Shown in pieces: positions 9,398 to 19,619 of a stretch of 64,000 nucleotides of DNA (position 1 is the stretch's first letter; the number at the start of each line of letters is the position of its first letter). The position numbers were made by a program, and so were the translations under genes. Under the pieces are notes generated by a model. That model saw only the letters and a list, made by a program, of their open reading frames with translations. It ran no database searches and was not told the origin of the DNA. The DNA is from an uncultured Gammaproteobacteria bacterium (GTDB taxonomy: Bacteria; Patescibacteriota; Microgenomatia; CAYQLK01), in the NCBI GenBank assembly GCA_964445355.1, contig CAYUKQ010000003.1, positions 3,693 to 67,692 on the forward strand, read 5' to 3'.

Positions 9398-11161
9398 ATG
9401 CTTGAATCTGAAAAGGTAAGAAGTATTGGCGGAATTGAGAGCCCATCGGCAGAAAATATCGAACGGGAGAGTAAGTTTTTGGTTCGTGATCTAGAGAGTG
9501 TGCCGTTTTCTGAAGCGAGTGGAGAGAAAATTCATCAGGGATATTTGTATATCGGTGAAAATGGGGATGAGCTGCGTGTAAGACAAAAGGGTGAAAAATA
9601 TTATTTGACTAGAAAAAGCGGTTCTGGGTTAGTACGTGAGGAGGAGGAAGAGCAGATTACAGAGGATGAATTTGAGCTTTTATATCAACAAACAGAAGGG
9701 TTAAGAGTCGAAAAGACCAGACATATTGTTAGGCATGGCGATTTTTTAATAGAAGTTGACGTATTTGAAGGCGGTTTGGATGGTTTGGTTACTGCGGAGG
9801 TGGAATTTGATGACGAGGCTAAAAGTTTGGGGTTTGTTGCGCCTAATTGGTTGGGAGAGGATGTCACTGAATCGGGTCTATATTCGAATCAAAGATTAGC
9901 AAAATTATCTCAACAACTTGATGCGACTGATGAAGGAGCTAGTGTTGAAGTTGTCAGACGTGATACCGAGCCGTATAGATTTGGACTGAAAGAAGGGATG
10001 AATTTGCTAGTTGAAAAAACGGGTAATGATATGAGATCCGGGCAGGTTGTTGTTGCAGTAGCTGGCGGTTCCGCTTCAGGGAAAACAAGTCAGGTTGCGG
10101 ATAAATTGGTTCATGCCTACCAAGGGAATTCAGTAATGCTGTCGATGGATGATTACAGTAGAGGAAGCAAGTATGTCGATCGTTTGAAACAGCAAGGAGT
10201 TGAGATCAATTACGACATGCCGGATTATATTGATATCGATCTGATGGCAAGGCATTTGGCACTTTTGAAAAACGGAATGAGTGTTTGGGTGCCGAAGTTT
10301 GATTTTTTGACCGGTGAGCCGTCTGAGCAAAGGCGCTTGATTAAGCCCGAGGACCTGATTGTTGTGGAGGGGTTGTTTGCACTTGATGAAAGAATCGCCA
10401 GGTTATCGGATACGAATGTGTTTGTTGATATTAGTATGCATGGTCGGGCGGTGAGGCGGTTTTTTCGGGATGTTAAAAGAACGAGCATGATACCTAAGGA
10501 TATAATTCGGTATTTTGCTGAGGTGGTTGAGCCGATGCATGATAGGTATGTGTTAAGCGGGATGAAGCAGGCGGATGTGGTGATCGAGAATGAATATGAT
10601 CCTCAGATTGAATCAGGTGATGCCGGTCATCGCGAGTTGCAGCTAAAGTTTGAATCCGCGCTGCGTGAAGAGGATGTGATAAAAGTTGGAGGAATCAAAA
10701 TGGACGAATATGAACAGGCGGACGGTTATTATGAGCCATTTGATCCGGTGCTCAGAGGAAGAGGGGAAAGTCTGAGGATTCGACGAGAAGGTGATAAGGT
10801 GCTGTTTACCTATAAAGGTCCAAGACGGGATTCTGGAGTGAGGAAACGTGACAGATTTGACGCAGTCATTGACGAGCAGACCGCAGAGATATTTGTGAAG
10901 AAGTATGGGGTATGTGTTATGGAGTTATTAAAAAAACGCAAAGTATTTAGCTTAGGATCAATGAGTGTGGCGATCGATCGGGATTTGATCAGAATGACCC
11001 AAGATGGGGCGGAGTTTTTGCCAGATCATGTAGAAATTTGCCTGGATAGAGAAGAGATCACTGAAAGTGATAGGATGTTATTAGATAGATTAGGGTTAAA
11101 TATGGCAGATGCAGTAATCGAATCTTATCAGGATTTGTTGAAAGGAACGGTGGAATTATGA
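9398..11161 (+). CDS. Tri-domain protein: CYTH (triphosphate tunnel) - uridine/cytidine kinase-family P-loop kinase - CYTH
   Basis: N-terminal IERESKFLV and LRVRQKGEKYYLTRK (CYTH); VVAVAGGSASGKTS, LSMDDYS, NYDMPDYIDIDLM, LIVVEGLFAL (Udk/PRK family); C-terminal ELQLKFES and LRIRREGDKVLFTYKGP (second CYTH). Confidence 0.75.
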   Translation: MLESEKVRSIGGIESPSAENIERESKFLVRDLESVPFSEASGEKIHQGYLYIGENGDELRVRQKGEKYYLTRKSGSGLVREEEEEQITEDEFELLYQQTEGLRVEKTRHIVRHGDFLIEVDVFEGGLDGLVTAEVEFDDEAKSLGFVAPNWLGEDVTESGLYSNQRLAKLSQQLDATDEGASVEVVRRDTEPYRFGLKEGMNLLVEKTGNDMRSGQVVVAVAGGSASGKTSQVADKLVHAYQGNSVMLSMDDYSRGSKYVDRLKQQGVEINYDMPDYIDIDLMARHLALLKNGMSVWVPKFDFLTGEPSEQRRLIKPEDLIVVEGLFALDERIARLSDTNVFVDISMHGRAVRRFFRDVKRTSMIPKDIIRYFAEVVEPMHDRYVLSGMKQADVVIENEYDPQIESGDAGHRELQLKFESALREEDVIKVGGIKMDEYEQADGYYEPFDPVLRGRGESLRIRREGDKVLFTYKGPRRDSGVRKRDRFDAVIDEQTAEIFVKKYGVCVMELLKKRKVFSLGSMSVAIDRDLIRMTQDGAEFLPDHVEICLDREEITESDRMLLDRLGLNMADAVIESYQDLLKGTVEL

Positions 11162-11709
11162 AGCGGGCGCCGGTGGGGGTAAAAATTCATCATATAAATA
11201 TTCGTCAGAGTATTTCGATCATTTTGCTTAAGCTGGTATTGCTGGAGCTGATTGCTTCTTCAGGGTTTTTGTTTGTGTATTTTAGTTTTGATAGTGAGCT
11301 TATCAGAATGAGTATGCTTAATTTGTTTGAGACTTTTTTCGGTTGGATATTTTTGGTACTGATGCTGGTTAAGATTTTTATTACGGTCTATATAATTCTG
11401 GACTGGCTGAATATGTATTACGAAGTTAATGGTGAATATATTTATATAAGAAAAGGAGTGATTTGGACGACCGAGCAGAAGTTTGCGATCGAAAATTTTG
11501 GTGATGTTACGCTTGAACAAAGCTTGATGGGGAGGATATTTAATTTCGGAAATATTAGGATCTTTGATAAGGAGCTGAAAAGAGACTTTTTGCTTTATCT
11601 GATTCATAATCCGAATAAATATTACGAAATATTAAGCTCGATTAATCCTGCCGGGGACAAAGAAAAGAGAGTGATTCGCCAACATTTCAGTTCGGATATT
11701 GATCTGTAA
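11158..11709 (+). CDS. Membrane protein with bacterial PH domain (bPH_2/YdbS-like), ATGA-overlapped with the upstream gene
   Basis: Two N-terminal TM helices followed by IRKGVIWTTEQKFAIENFGDVTLEQSLMGRIFNFGNIRI (bPH_2-like). Confidence 0.6.
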   Translation: MKRAPVGVKIHHINIRQSISIILLKLVLLELIASSGFLFVYFSFDSELIRMSMLNLFETFFGWIFLVLMLVKIFITVYIILDWLNMYYEVNGEYIYIRKGVIWTTEQKFAIENFGDVTLEQSLMGRIFNFGNIRIFDKELKRDFLLYLIHNPNKYYEILSSINPAGDKEKRVIRQHFSSDIDL

Positions 11710-11713
11710 GATA

Positions 11714-11751
11714 TTGACACCGAATTAGCACTGTTGTATATTGAGTGCTAA
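11714..11751 (+). promoter_or_regulatory. hsp20 promoter (TTGACA-N17-TATATT) overlapping a perfect CIRCE operator TTAGCACTG-N9-GAGTGCTAA (11725-11751)
   Basis: CIRCE consensus TTAGCACTC-N9-GAGTGCTAA matched 17/18 in the sequence. Confidence 0.8.
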
Positions 11752-11774
11752 TAGATAACTAAATTGCAAAGGAG

Positions 11775-12209
11775 GTGAAAGATATGGCGATTGTTAAGTG
11801 GAATCCATGGAATTTGTCCTCAATATTGGATGATGATTGGGATATGCCGACACTGCCTGCACGAGTGGGTCAGGGGTTAAATGTTTATGAAACTGAAGAT
11901 TCGATTGTGGCCGAGGCGGCTATGCCGGGCGTAAGTGAAAAAGACATCGAAGTCAGTGTTGACGATGGTGTTGTGCACGTAACCGGATCCTCTTCTTCGA
12001 CTAAAGAAAATAAAGAAGGTCGAAGATACTTCATGTCCAGTATGGCTTCGACATTTAATTATTCTTTCAGACTGCCTGAAGGTGTGGCTGGGAATAAGGA
12101 GCCAAAGGCTGAGGTAGAACACGGCGTACTTTACTTGAATTTTCCTAAAGCTGCTAAGACAGAACCGAAGAAGATCAAAGTAGGTGTTCGTGGAGAAAAG
12201 AAGGCTTAA
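11775..12209 (+). CDS. Hsp20/alpha-crystallin family small heat-shock protein
   Basis: Alpha-crystallin domain pattern; AAGGAGG RBS; CIRCE upstream. Confidence 0.85.
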   Translation: MKDMAIVKWNPWNLSSILDDDWDMPTLPARVGQGLNVYETEDSIVAEAAMPGVSEKDIEVSVDDGVVHVTGSSSSTKENKEGRRYFMSSMASTFNYSFRLPEGVAGNKEPKAEVEHGVLYLNFPKAAKTEPKKIKVGVRGEKKA

Positions 12210-12237
12210 AGGTAAAATTAAGTTAGGTTAGCTAAAA

Positions 12238-12280
12238 ACAAAACCGATGCAGTTTATTATTGACTGTGTCGGTTTTTGTA
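12238..12280 (+). terminator. Rho-independent terminator (AAACCGA...TCGGTTT then T-run)
   Basis: Inverted repeat plus T-run after the hsp20 stop. Confidence 0.6.
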
Positions 12281-12345
12281 AGTAAACGGTACCGGACAAA
12301 ATAATCCGTTGAAATAATATAAGTATTAAGGTTATATGGAGGTAT

Positions 12346-13152
12346 ATGGAAAACAAAACACCAACTGATCAGTTAATTAACTTAAAGGGTAAAACTGCAA
12401 TCGTTACCGGTGGGGCGGTAGGTATTGGCTTGGGTATCGTGACTAGACTGGCGGAAGCCGGAGCAAATGTGATGATCGCTGATGTTAATCAAGAAAAAGC
12501 TGATAAGTCGGCAAATGATCTATCGCAAACTGGATTGAGTGTTAAATCCAAACTTTGCAATGTAGCGGATGAGTCGGCTGTAGAGGCGTTGGTTGCTGAA
12601 ACGGTTGAAGTTTTTGGTTCGGTAGATATTTTGGTTAATAATGCCGGAATTTATCCAAATATTCCGCTTTCGAAGATGACGACTGAGGATTTTATGATGG
12701 TAATTGAAATTAATTTGAAAAGTGTTTATTTGACTACAAAGCATGTTTCTGAGCAGATGATTAAACAGGGTGGTGGAGGAAAGATCATTAATGTGACCTC
12801 GATCGATGCGCTTCACCCATCGATGATTGGTTTGGCTCACTATGATGCTTCGAAGCATGGTGTTTGGGGTTTTACAAAAAATTCCGCACTTGAGCTTGCT
12901 CAGCACAAAATTTGGGTCAATGCGATTGCGCCTGGTGGCATTGCCACTCCTGGTGTTCAAGCGGGGACTGGTGGTTCGGTACCGCCAGAGGAAATGGCTA
13001 AAATAATCGAGGCATTTATGGCAAATATTCCAATGCGTAGAATGGGCGATCCGGATGAGATCGGCAAAGTGGCGCTATTTTTGGCTTCAGAGATGTCTTC
13101 GTATATGACTGGTTCGCAAGTGGTGGTTGATGGCGGAGCATTGTTAAGCTAA
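12346..13152 (+). CDS. SDR-family NAD(P)-dependent oxidoreductase (3-oxoacyl-ACP reductase-like)
   Basis: TGGAVGIGLG cofactor motif, NNAG, YxxxK region. Confidence 0.8.
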   Translation: MENKTPTDQLINLKGKTAIVTGGAVGIGLGIVTRLAEAGANVMIADVNQEKADKSANDLSQTGLSVKSKLCNVADESAVEALVAETVEVFGSVDILVNNAGIYPNIPLSKMTTEDFMMVIEINLKSVYLTTKHVSEQMIKQGGGGKIINVTSIDALHPSMIGLAHYDASKHGVWGFTKNSALELAQHKIWVNAIAPGGIATPGVQAGTGGSVPPEEMAKIIEAFMANIPMRRMGDPDEIGKVALFLASEMSSYMTGSQVVVDGGALLS

Positions 13153-13241
13153 GAGTGGATCGATAGAGATTTTTTACTAATTAGGCTATTGAATAAGAGT
13201 TTGTGGATTATTTTGCCTGTTGGCTTTTATAATGGCGCGAT

Positions 13242-14321
13242 ATGAATCTATCAGTTGGACTTGTCGGATTTCCGAATGTAGGTAAATCAACATTGTTTAA
13301 TGCGCTTTTGGGGCGGGTCGTTGCTGATGCCAGTAATTATCCATTCTGTACGATTGAACCAAATGTCGGAATTGTTGAAGTTAATGATAGGCGATTAGAC
13401 GAGCTGAAAAAAATAACTGAAGAAACTGAAGGTTTGGATAATGGTTTTAAGTTGATTCCGGCTGTGGTGGAATTTGTTGATATTGCAGGATTAGTTCAAG
13501 GCGCATCAACTGGTGAGGGATTGGGAAATAAGTTTTTGTCGCATATACGGGAAGTAGATGCTATTGCTTTGGTTTTAAGGGATTTTGCGGATAACAATGT
13601 GATTAGGTCTGGATCAACTACGCCAAAAGATGACAAGGAAATATTAATGGCAGAACTGGCGATTAAAGATTTGGAAACAGTGACTGAGGCGATGTCGAGA
13701 CTTGCTGCAAAAACCAAGTCACCTGCTTTTGCTAAAGAAGAACGGGAAAAGCTGTCGATATTAGAAAAAGTTCAAGCCAATCTTAATCAGGGAAATTCGG
13801 GAATACTGGGATTAAGTGAGGAAGAAAAGTTAGCAATTAAAGAATTTAGCTTGTTAACTGCTAAGCCTGTTATTGAAGTAATTAATTGTGACGAGGCAGA
13901 TTTGAAAAAACCGCTTGAAGCGAATCAAATTAGACTTTGTGCCAAAACAGAATTCGAATTAACTGAGCTTAGTGAGGAGGAGCGAGAAATATTTAGACAA
14001 GATTGGACTAATTTGGATGGAGTTGGGCTAGATGCTCTAATTGCCAAAGCTTACGAAGTGTTGGGCTTTATTTCGTTTTTTACAGCTGGACCAAAAGAGG
14101 TGAGGGCTTGGACAATTCCAAATGGAGCAACAGCTCCGCAGGCAGCTGGGGTTATTCATACGGATTTTGAAAAGAAATTTATCAGGGCTGATGTTGTTAG
14201 CTATGATAATTTTATGGAGTGTAATGGTTATGCTGGGGCTAAGGAAAAAGGTAAGTCGCGAATGGAAGGTCGCGATTATGTGGTTCGGGATGGTGATGTG
14301 ATGATTTTTCATCATAGTTGA
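13242..14321 (+). CDS. ychF: Redox-regulated ribosome-associated ATPase YchF (Obg-family GTPase)
   Basis: GLVGFPNVGKSTLFNAL G1 motif, TGS-like C-terminal region. Confidence 0.9.
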   Translation: MNLSVGLVGFPNVGKSTLFNALLGRVVADASNYPFCTIEPNVGIVEVNDRRLDELKKITEETEGLDNGFKLIPAVVEFVDIAGLVQGASTGEGLGNKFLSHIREVDAIALVLRDFADNNVIRSGSTTPKDDKEILMAELAIKDLETVTEAMSRLAAKTKSPAFAKEEREKLSILEKVQANLNQGNSGILGLSEEEKLAIKEFSLLTAKPVIEVINCDEADLKKPLEANQIRLCAKTEFELTELSEEEREIFRQDWTNLDGVGLDALIAKAYEVLGFISFFTAGPKEVRAWTIPNGATAPQAAGVIHTDFEKKFIRADVVSYDNFMECNGYAGAKEKGKSRMEGRDYVVRDGDVMIFHHS

Positions 14322-14386
14322 ACTAGCCAAATATTCCTGATATGATGTGCGCCGTTTATATAAAGACAAAAATTAAATAAGAAATA

Positions 14387-14716
14387 ATGTTATTTAACTA
14401 CGAACTAACCTTAGTGACGCCTGGCGCGGTGTCTGAGGCTGATTCTAACAAGGTTATAGAAAAAGTTAAGAAACTTTTACCAAAGGATGTCAAAATTGTC
14501 CGTGAGGATGATTGGGGTGTTAAAGACTTGGCATATCATGTTCACAAAAACGATAAGGGTAGATTCGTACAGCTTGGTTTTGTGTGTGAATCGTCTCCAA
14601 TTGGTGAATTGAACAAAGCGCTTAATATCGAAGAAGGTTTGTTAAGATATCTGTTGCTTAAGCATGATGCGGTTAAGGATTCGGCGCCTGAGGTTAAGCC
14701 TAATAAGAAAAAATAA
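14387..14716 (+). CDS. rpsF: 30S ribosomal protein S6
   Basis: N-terminus MLFNYELTLV and conserved rpsF-ssb-rpsR order. Confidence 0.85.
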   Translation: MLFNYELTLVTPGAVSEADSNKVIEKVKKLLPKDVKIVREDDWGVKDLAYHVHKNDKGRFVQLGFVCESSPIGELNKALNIEEGLLRYLLLKHDAVKDSAPEVKPNKKK

Positions 14717-14780
14717 TTTTCAATTTTGATTAAAAGTGATAAAGTACACACAACTTATAAGTAACTAAAACATAAAACAT

Positions 14781-15350
14781 ATGGCAGCACGCGGTTCACT
14801 AAACAAAGTAATGTTAATCGGAAACTTAACCAGAGATCCGGAATTGAGATACACTCCTCAGGGAAATGCTGTTTGTAGTTTTACTGTTGCTACAAATCGA
14901 AGTTGGCAGCCGTCAGAAGGTGGCGAAAGGCGCGAAGAGACCGAATTTCATCGTGTAGTTGCCTGGAATAAATTGGGTGAATTGTGTTCACAGTTGCTTT
15001 CAAAGGGTAGAAAAGTTTATGTCGAGGGTCGTTTGCAGACCAGAAGCTGGCAGACTGCAGATGGTCAAACGCGTCAAACTACTGAGGTTGTAATTACTGA
15101 TATGAATTTGCTTGATTCGCGAAAGAATTATGAGCAGAGTGGTGGTGGGATGGGTGAAGTCGAGGAATTCGTCGCTGACGAGTCTGTGGCTGGAATGGGA
15201 GATTACAGTCAACTGGAAGATGTAACCGCTGAGGATCTTGATGAGGTACCGGTAGAAACAATTGATGAAGGCGGAGTAGCACCAGAAAAGCCTGCTAAAG
15301 CTTCGAAGTCCAAAAAATCAGAAGAAACTGATGACGATTTACCTTTTTAA
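14781..15350 (+). CDS. ssb: Single-stranded DNA-binding protein
   Basis: OB-fold N-terminus LIGNLTRDPELRYTPQGNAV and acidic tail ending DDDLPF. Confidence 0.9.
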   Translation: MAARGSLNKVMLIGNLTRDPELRYTPQGNAVCSFTVATNRSWQPSEGGERREETEFHRVVAWNKLGELCSQLLSKGRKVYVEGRLQTRSWQTADGQTRQTTEVVITDMNLLDSRKNYEQSGGGMGEVEEFVADESVAGMGDYSQLEDVTAEDLDEVPVETIDEGGVAPEKPAKASKSKKSEETDDDLPF

Positions 15351-15364
15351 GTAAAAATAAATAA

Positions 15365-15586
15365 ATGAGACCTAAACTAGAATTTAGAAAACCATCCAAG
15401 TCACCGATTACTGACGACAAAGAGATCGTGTGGAGTAATGTTGATCTTTTGAAGAAGTTTGTGTCCGATCGGGGTAAAATTTTCCCGGCAGCACGAACCG
15501 GTTTGACTGCCAAGCAGCAAAGGTTACTTACCAGGGCGATTAAAAATGCCCGATTCATGGCATTAATGAGCTACACGGAAAAGTAA
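15365..15586 (+). CDS. rpsR: 30S ribosomal protein S18
   Basis: [25 protein letters not shown]18 signature. Confidence 0.9.
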   Translation: MRPKLEFRKPSKSPITDDKEIVWSNVDLLKKFVSDRGKIFPAARTGLTAKQQRLLTRAIKNARFMALMSYTEK

Positions 15587-15698
15587 GTTTGTTTTTGATA
15601 CGTTTAGATAAAAATTTTTTTGTGCAAGGGTTATAATTTTTCTTTTGTTGATGTAGTATATTAGGATCTTGTAGTGATCTTTTGTAACTATAAAAAAC

Positions 15699-16961
15699 AT
15701 GCCCGAAAAAACTAAAAAACTGCCAGTTAAAACCCAGAATAGGCCTCAATTGAGGAGTTTTGGTTTGGTTAAGTACATTATTTTTATTTCCATTGTTTCG
15801 TTATTGTCTTTCGTTGCCGGCTATAAAGCGTCAGGTAAGGACTTGCCCGGAATAAGTGCTGTGGGTCAGGTCGCCTCGGGTCAGGTTTTGAATAAAGACC
15901 AGCGTGGGGATTTGGATTTTGCCAGGTTTTGGGAGGTTTGGGACAGGTTGAATACGACATATTATGATAAATCCAAAATCGATGGAGAAAAAATGCTGGA
16001 AGGGGCGATTTCTGGTATGGTACGGGCAGTAGGTGATCCTTATACGACCTATCTGCCAAAGGAGGATAATAAGGCGATTAACGAGGATCTGGATGGCAGT
16101 TTTGAGGGGGTGGGGATGGAGTTAGGTTATTCTGAAGATCAGCAGTTGATTGTCGTTTCGCCGATCGAGAATTCTCCGGCGATTCGGGCTGGTGTTAAGT
16201 CAAAGGATAGGATTTTAACAATCGATGGACAGGATACTAACGGGATTACCTTGCCTGAGGCAGTTAAGAAAATTCGCGGTAAGTCTGGTACAAAGGTGGT
16301 TTTGAAGATGCTAAGTGAGGGTGAGGTTCAGCCGAAAGATGTTGAGTTAACACGTGCGACAATTAATATTCCGTCGCTGGTTTTGAGTTACAGGGACGAT
16401 TATGGAATTATCAAAATCAACAAATTCGGTGAGAAGACTAATAGCGAGTGGGATAAGGCTGTGACAGAGTTGCTTAGTAAGAAGGTTAAGGGGGTTGTAG
16501 TAGATGTTAGAAATAATCCCGGCGGTTATTTGAATAGTGCGGTCTATCTTGGTGCGGAATTTACTGGGGGTACGATCGTTATTCAGGAAGGGATTAATAA
16601 TACACGTAAAGAATTTAAGGCAGAAAGAAAGGGACGTTTGATCGGTCTGCCGGTAGTTGTGTTGATCAACCAAGGCTCGGCTTCTGCGTCCGAGATATTG
16701 GCCGGAGCAATAAAAATTTCTGGTCAGGGTAGTTTGGTAGGGGAGAAATCGTTTGGCAAGGGAACAATTCAGGAAGTTGAAGATTTTGAAAATGGGGCTG
16801 GTTTGCATGTCACAATTGCCAAATGGTTGTTGCCAAACGCCGAATGGATAAACGGCAAGGGAATACTGCCTGATTATGAGGTTAAGATGACGGAAGATGA
16901 TATAAAAGACAAAAAGGATCCGCAATTAGATAAGGCTATAGAAGTAATAAGGTCGAAGTAG
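15699..16961 (+). CDS. Carboxyl-terminal processing (S41) protease with PDZ domain
   Basis: PDZ region and S41 catalytic region (GSASASEILAGA ... KSFGKG); N-terminal TM. Confidence 0.8.
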   Translation: MPEKTKKLPVKTQNRPQLRSFGLVKYIIFISIVSLLSFVAGYKASGKDLPGISAVGQVASGQVLNKDQRGDLDFARFWEVWDRLNTTYYDKSKIDGEKMLEGAISGMVRAVGDPYTTYLPKEDNKAINEDLDGSFEGVGMELGYSEDQQLIVVSPIENSPAIRAGVKSKDRILTIDGQDTNGITLPEAVKKIRGKSGTKVVLKMLSEGEVQPKDVELTRATINIPSLVLSYRDDYGIIKINKFGEKTNSEWDKAVTELLSKKVKGVVVDVRNNPGGYLNSAVYLGAEFTGGTIVIQEGINNTRKEFKAERKGRLIGLPVVVLINQGSASASEILAGAIKISGQGSLVGEKSFGKGTIQEVEDFENGAGLHVTIAKWLLPNAEWINGKGILPDYEVKMTEDDIKDKKDPQLDKAIEVIRSK

Positions 16962-16998
16962 ATAAGATATATGATAATAAGTAGCGCACTTAACTAAT

Positions 16999-18168
16999 AT
17001 GTTAAAAAAAGCTGACATGTTTTCGAAACTTAAGAGTCCGAGTTTTGTATTGATCGTTGTTGCCTTGGCAATTGTCGGATTGGTTGTTTTTTTGCAGAAT
17101 TCCGGCAGGGTGAATTTTAGGTCCATTCAGTCTGAACAGTCTGGAAATACAAAGAACGAAGTTAAGGAGAAGGTTAAGGTTTTGCCTGAGGAGTCTTTGG
17201 TTATTGATGTCGTTAAGAAGACCAGTCCGTCTATCGTTTCGATCGTTGTACAAAGAACAGGTGCTTCTTCATTTTTCTCACCATTTGGGGGTAGTAGTTT
17301 GCCGACGGAATCGGGGATTGGTACAGGGTTTGCAGTTGATAAAAATTTGATTTTGACCAATAAACACGTTGTGGCTAATGGTGGTAAATTTACGGCAGTG
17401 GCTAAGGATAAGGATGGGCAGGAAAAGGAATACAAGGTTACGGAAATAAATATGGATCCGTTTAACGATTTGGCAATTTTAAAAATCGAGGAGAATGATC
17501 TGTTGCCTTTGGAGTTAGGTGATTCTGATGGTTTGCAGGTCGGACAGCTGGTAATTGCGGTTGGAAATGCTTTAGGTCAGTTCGATAATACGGTAACGAC
17601 GGGTGTGGTTTCCGGCTTAGGTCGAGGAATTACTGCTTCGGATCCGTTGGAGTCAGTTGCTGAACGATTGGACAATCTGATTCAGACCGATGCAGCGATT
17701 AATCCCGGTAATTCCGGCGGTCCGTTATTGAATTCAAGCGGTGAAGTGATTGGTATTAATACAGCGGTGGCCGGTGCACAAAATATTGGGTTTGCAATCC
17801 CGATTAAGGTTGCTAGCGAATTGTTGGATGGGTTCAGGCGAGAAGGTGGACGAATTGTCCGTCCGTTTTTGGGAGTTAGCTACAGTGTGATCACCAGAGA
17901 AGTGGCAATATTAAATGAATTGCCTGAGGGTGTTTATATTGAGGCGATAACTCCAGACAGTGCTGCAGAAAAGTCAGGTCTTAAGGAGGGTGATATTATT
18001 ACAGCAATCGACGGGCAAAAATTGGATAAGGATAGTCAATTATCAGAGATCGTAAGAACAAAAAAAGTTGGAGATGTGATTACTTTGAGTCTGTACAGAG
18101 ATGATCAACGATCTGAGATAAAGGTTACGCTCGAAGCGGCACCTGAGGAAGTTACGAGATCGAATTAG
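16999..18168 (+). CDS. htrA: HtrA/DegP-family serine protease (trypsin-like domain plus PDZ)
   Basis: GNSGGPLLN catalytic Ser motif, HV..N His region, C-terminal PDZ. Confidence 0.85.
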   Translation: MLKKADMFSKLKSPSFVLIVVALAIVGLVVFLQNSGRVNFRSIQSEQSGNTKNEVKEKVKVLPEESLVIDVVKKTSPSIVSIVVQRTGASSFFSPFGGSSLPTESGIGTGFAVDKNLILTNKHVVANGGKFTAVAKDKDGQEKEYKVTEINMDPFNDLAILKIEENDLLPLELGDSDGLQVGQLVIAVGNALGQFDNTVTTGVVSGLGRGITASDPLESVAERLDNLIQTDAAINPGNSGGPLLNSSGEVIGINTAVAGAQNIGFAIPIKVASELLDGFRREGGRIVRPFLGVSYSVITREVAILNELPEGVYIEAITPDSAAEKSGLKEGDIITAIDGQKLDKDSQLSEIVRTKKVGDVITLSLYRDDQRSEIKVTLEAAPEEVTRSN

Positions 18169-19619
18169 ATCTTTTTCAATTCTTTGCGTGTTAATTTGAG
18201 TAATATTAGTTCGATCTTTTCTAAGGTTTTTTCGGCTTTTAGTCCTAAAATTCCACAAATAATTATTGTACCTCCGACCGTAAACAGAACGGATTGTACG
18301 CCAAAAATATCCGACAGTGCCCCGGCAGCAAAAACCGGTACGGCTGCAACGATTCCCATGACCATGATTTGTGTAGAAAAAACACGTCCACGTAAGTGAT
18401 TGGGTGTGAATTCTTGTAGTAGAGTTTGGGTGGGGATTATGACAAATGATCCGCCAAAACCAAGGATTAATGAGAACATTGAGATGAAATATGAGAGTTT
18501 AACGGCGTTTAAAAAGTGCACAGGTTTGGAGAAATTGATATCGTGTCCAACCATAAATCCGGCAATTATCGGTGCCAGAACAATCCCTATGATCCCAATT
18601 CCACTGATAAAAAAACCTGCGGCAATCAGTGTTCTTCTGGGTAGTAATTGACCAAATCTGCCGACTGACAGTGCTCCGGTTACCATACCAAGACCTAAGG
18701 GAAGAAGTAGTACAATACTGGCTCCTTCGGCGCGAATTTTCAGTACCTGCTCCATTAGTCCAGGTCCGACCGTTACTACTAGGTTTGCAAGTGCGTTGGC
18801 GATAGCCATGGTCAGAATCGTTGCCCAAACATAACGATTGCTGGTAATGAATTTCAGTCCTTCGGCGATATGCTGGTTAGTGAGTTTGACTAGTCCGGTT
18901 AGGCTGTTTGATTTTTGTTTTTTGGATTTTTCATTTGGAAGCGGAGGTAAAAATCGTCTGAGGGCGAAGCTGACAAGTAAGCTGGTTGAGCCGAAAATAA
19001 ATATGACGTTGTTACCAAATCGGTCAATTACTGGTCCGGCGATTGCGTAACCGCCGATCATGGCTCCAAAGAGTGTCATCTGAAAAAGAGAGTTAGCTGC
19101 GAGCAGATGTTTTTTGTCTACCAACATCGGAATCGTTGCGGATTCGGTTGGTTGAAAAAATTGCAGGATCGAGTTGAGTAAAAATGTCATTAAAATTATT
19201 TGGATCGGCAGATCGATAAAAAGATAGCTAAACATACAGATTCCCACTCCGATATCAGTGATTAATAAAATCTTGCGCCGGTCGAATTTGTCGGCGACGA
19301 CACCGGCGAACATCGCCAGCAAAGTGGAGGGGATTAAATTGGTTAGCAAAAACAATGCAGAAATGGTGTTGGAGTTGGTGAGGCGGAATAGTGTCACGAG
19401 CAGGGTAAAGGAGAGCATGTTATAAGAAAGCTGAAGCAGAATTTGGTTCGACCAGATGACCAAGAATGATTTGTTGTTGAGGACAGCGATTATCGAGCTT
19501 TGATTTGAGGTTTGCATACCAATTGTAAATAGATTATCGGCGTTAGCTTGTGAGTATGCAAGCGAAAAAAGAGTGGAGGGGTTATAGGTTGTCGGAGAGA
19601 ATCTGAACGATTGGGTCAA
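18165..19619 (-). CDS. MFS transporter (12-TM); true start probably an internal ATG near 19517 to avoid overlap with prfA
   Basis: Twelve hydrophobic segments and MFS-like loop motifs. Confidence 0.7.
   Translation of the reverse strand: MTQSFRFSPTTYNPSTLFSLAYSQANADNLFTIGMQTSNQSSIIAVLNNKSFLVIWSNQILLQLSYNMLSFTLLVTLFRLTNSNTISALFLLTNLIPSTLLAMFAGVVADKFDRRKILLITDIGVGICMFSYLFIDLPIQIILMTFLLNSILQFFQPTESATIPMLVDKKHLLAANSLFQMTLFGAMIGGYAIAGPVIDRFGNNVIFIFGSTSLLVSFALRRFLPPLPNEKSKKQKSNSLTGLVKLTNQHIAEGLKFITSNRYVWATILTMAIANALANLVVTVGPGLMEQVLKIRAEGASIVLLLPLGLGMVTGALSVGRFGQLLPRRTLIAAGFFISGIGIIGIVLAPIIAGFMVGHDINFSKPVHFLNAVKLSYFISMFSLILGFGGSFVIIPTQTLLQEFTPNHLRGRVFSTQIMVMGIVAAVPVFAAGALSDIFGVQSVLFTVGGTIIICGILGLKAEKTLEKIELILLKLTRKELKKI

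Noticed and set aside
17002-17435. Antisense ORFs inside htrA, and similar short ORFs inside gyrA, gyrB, pilB, recG and others
   Set aside because: They are fully contained within well-supported genes on the opposite strand.
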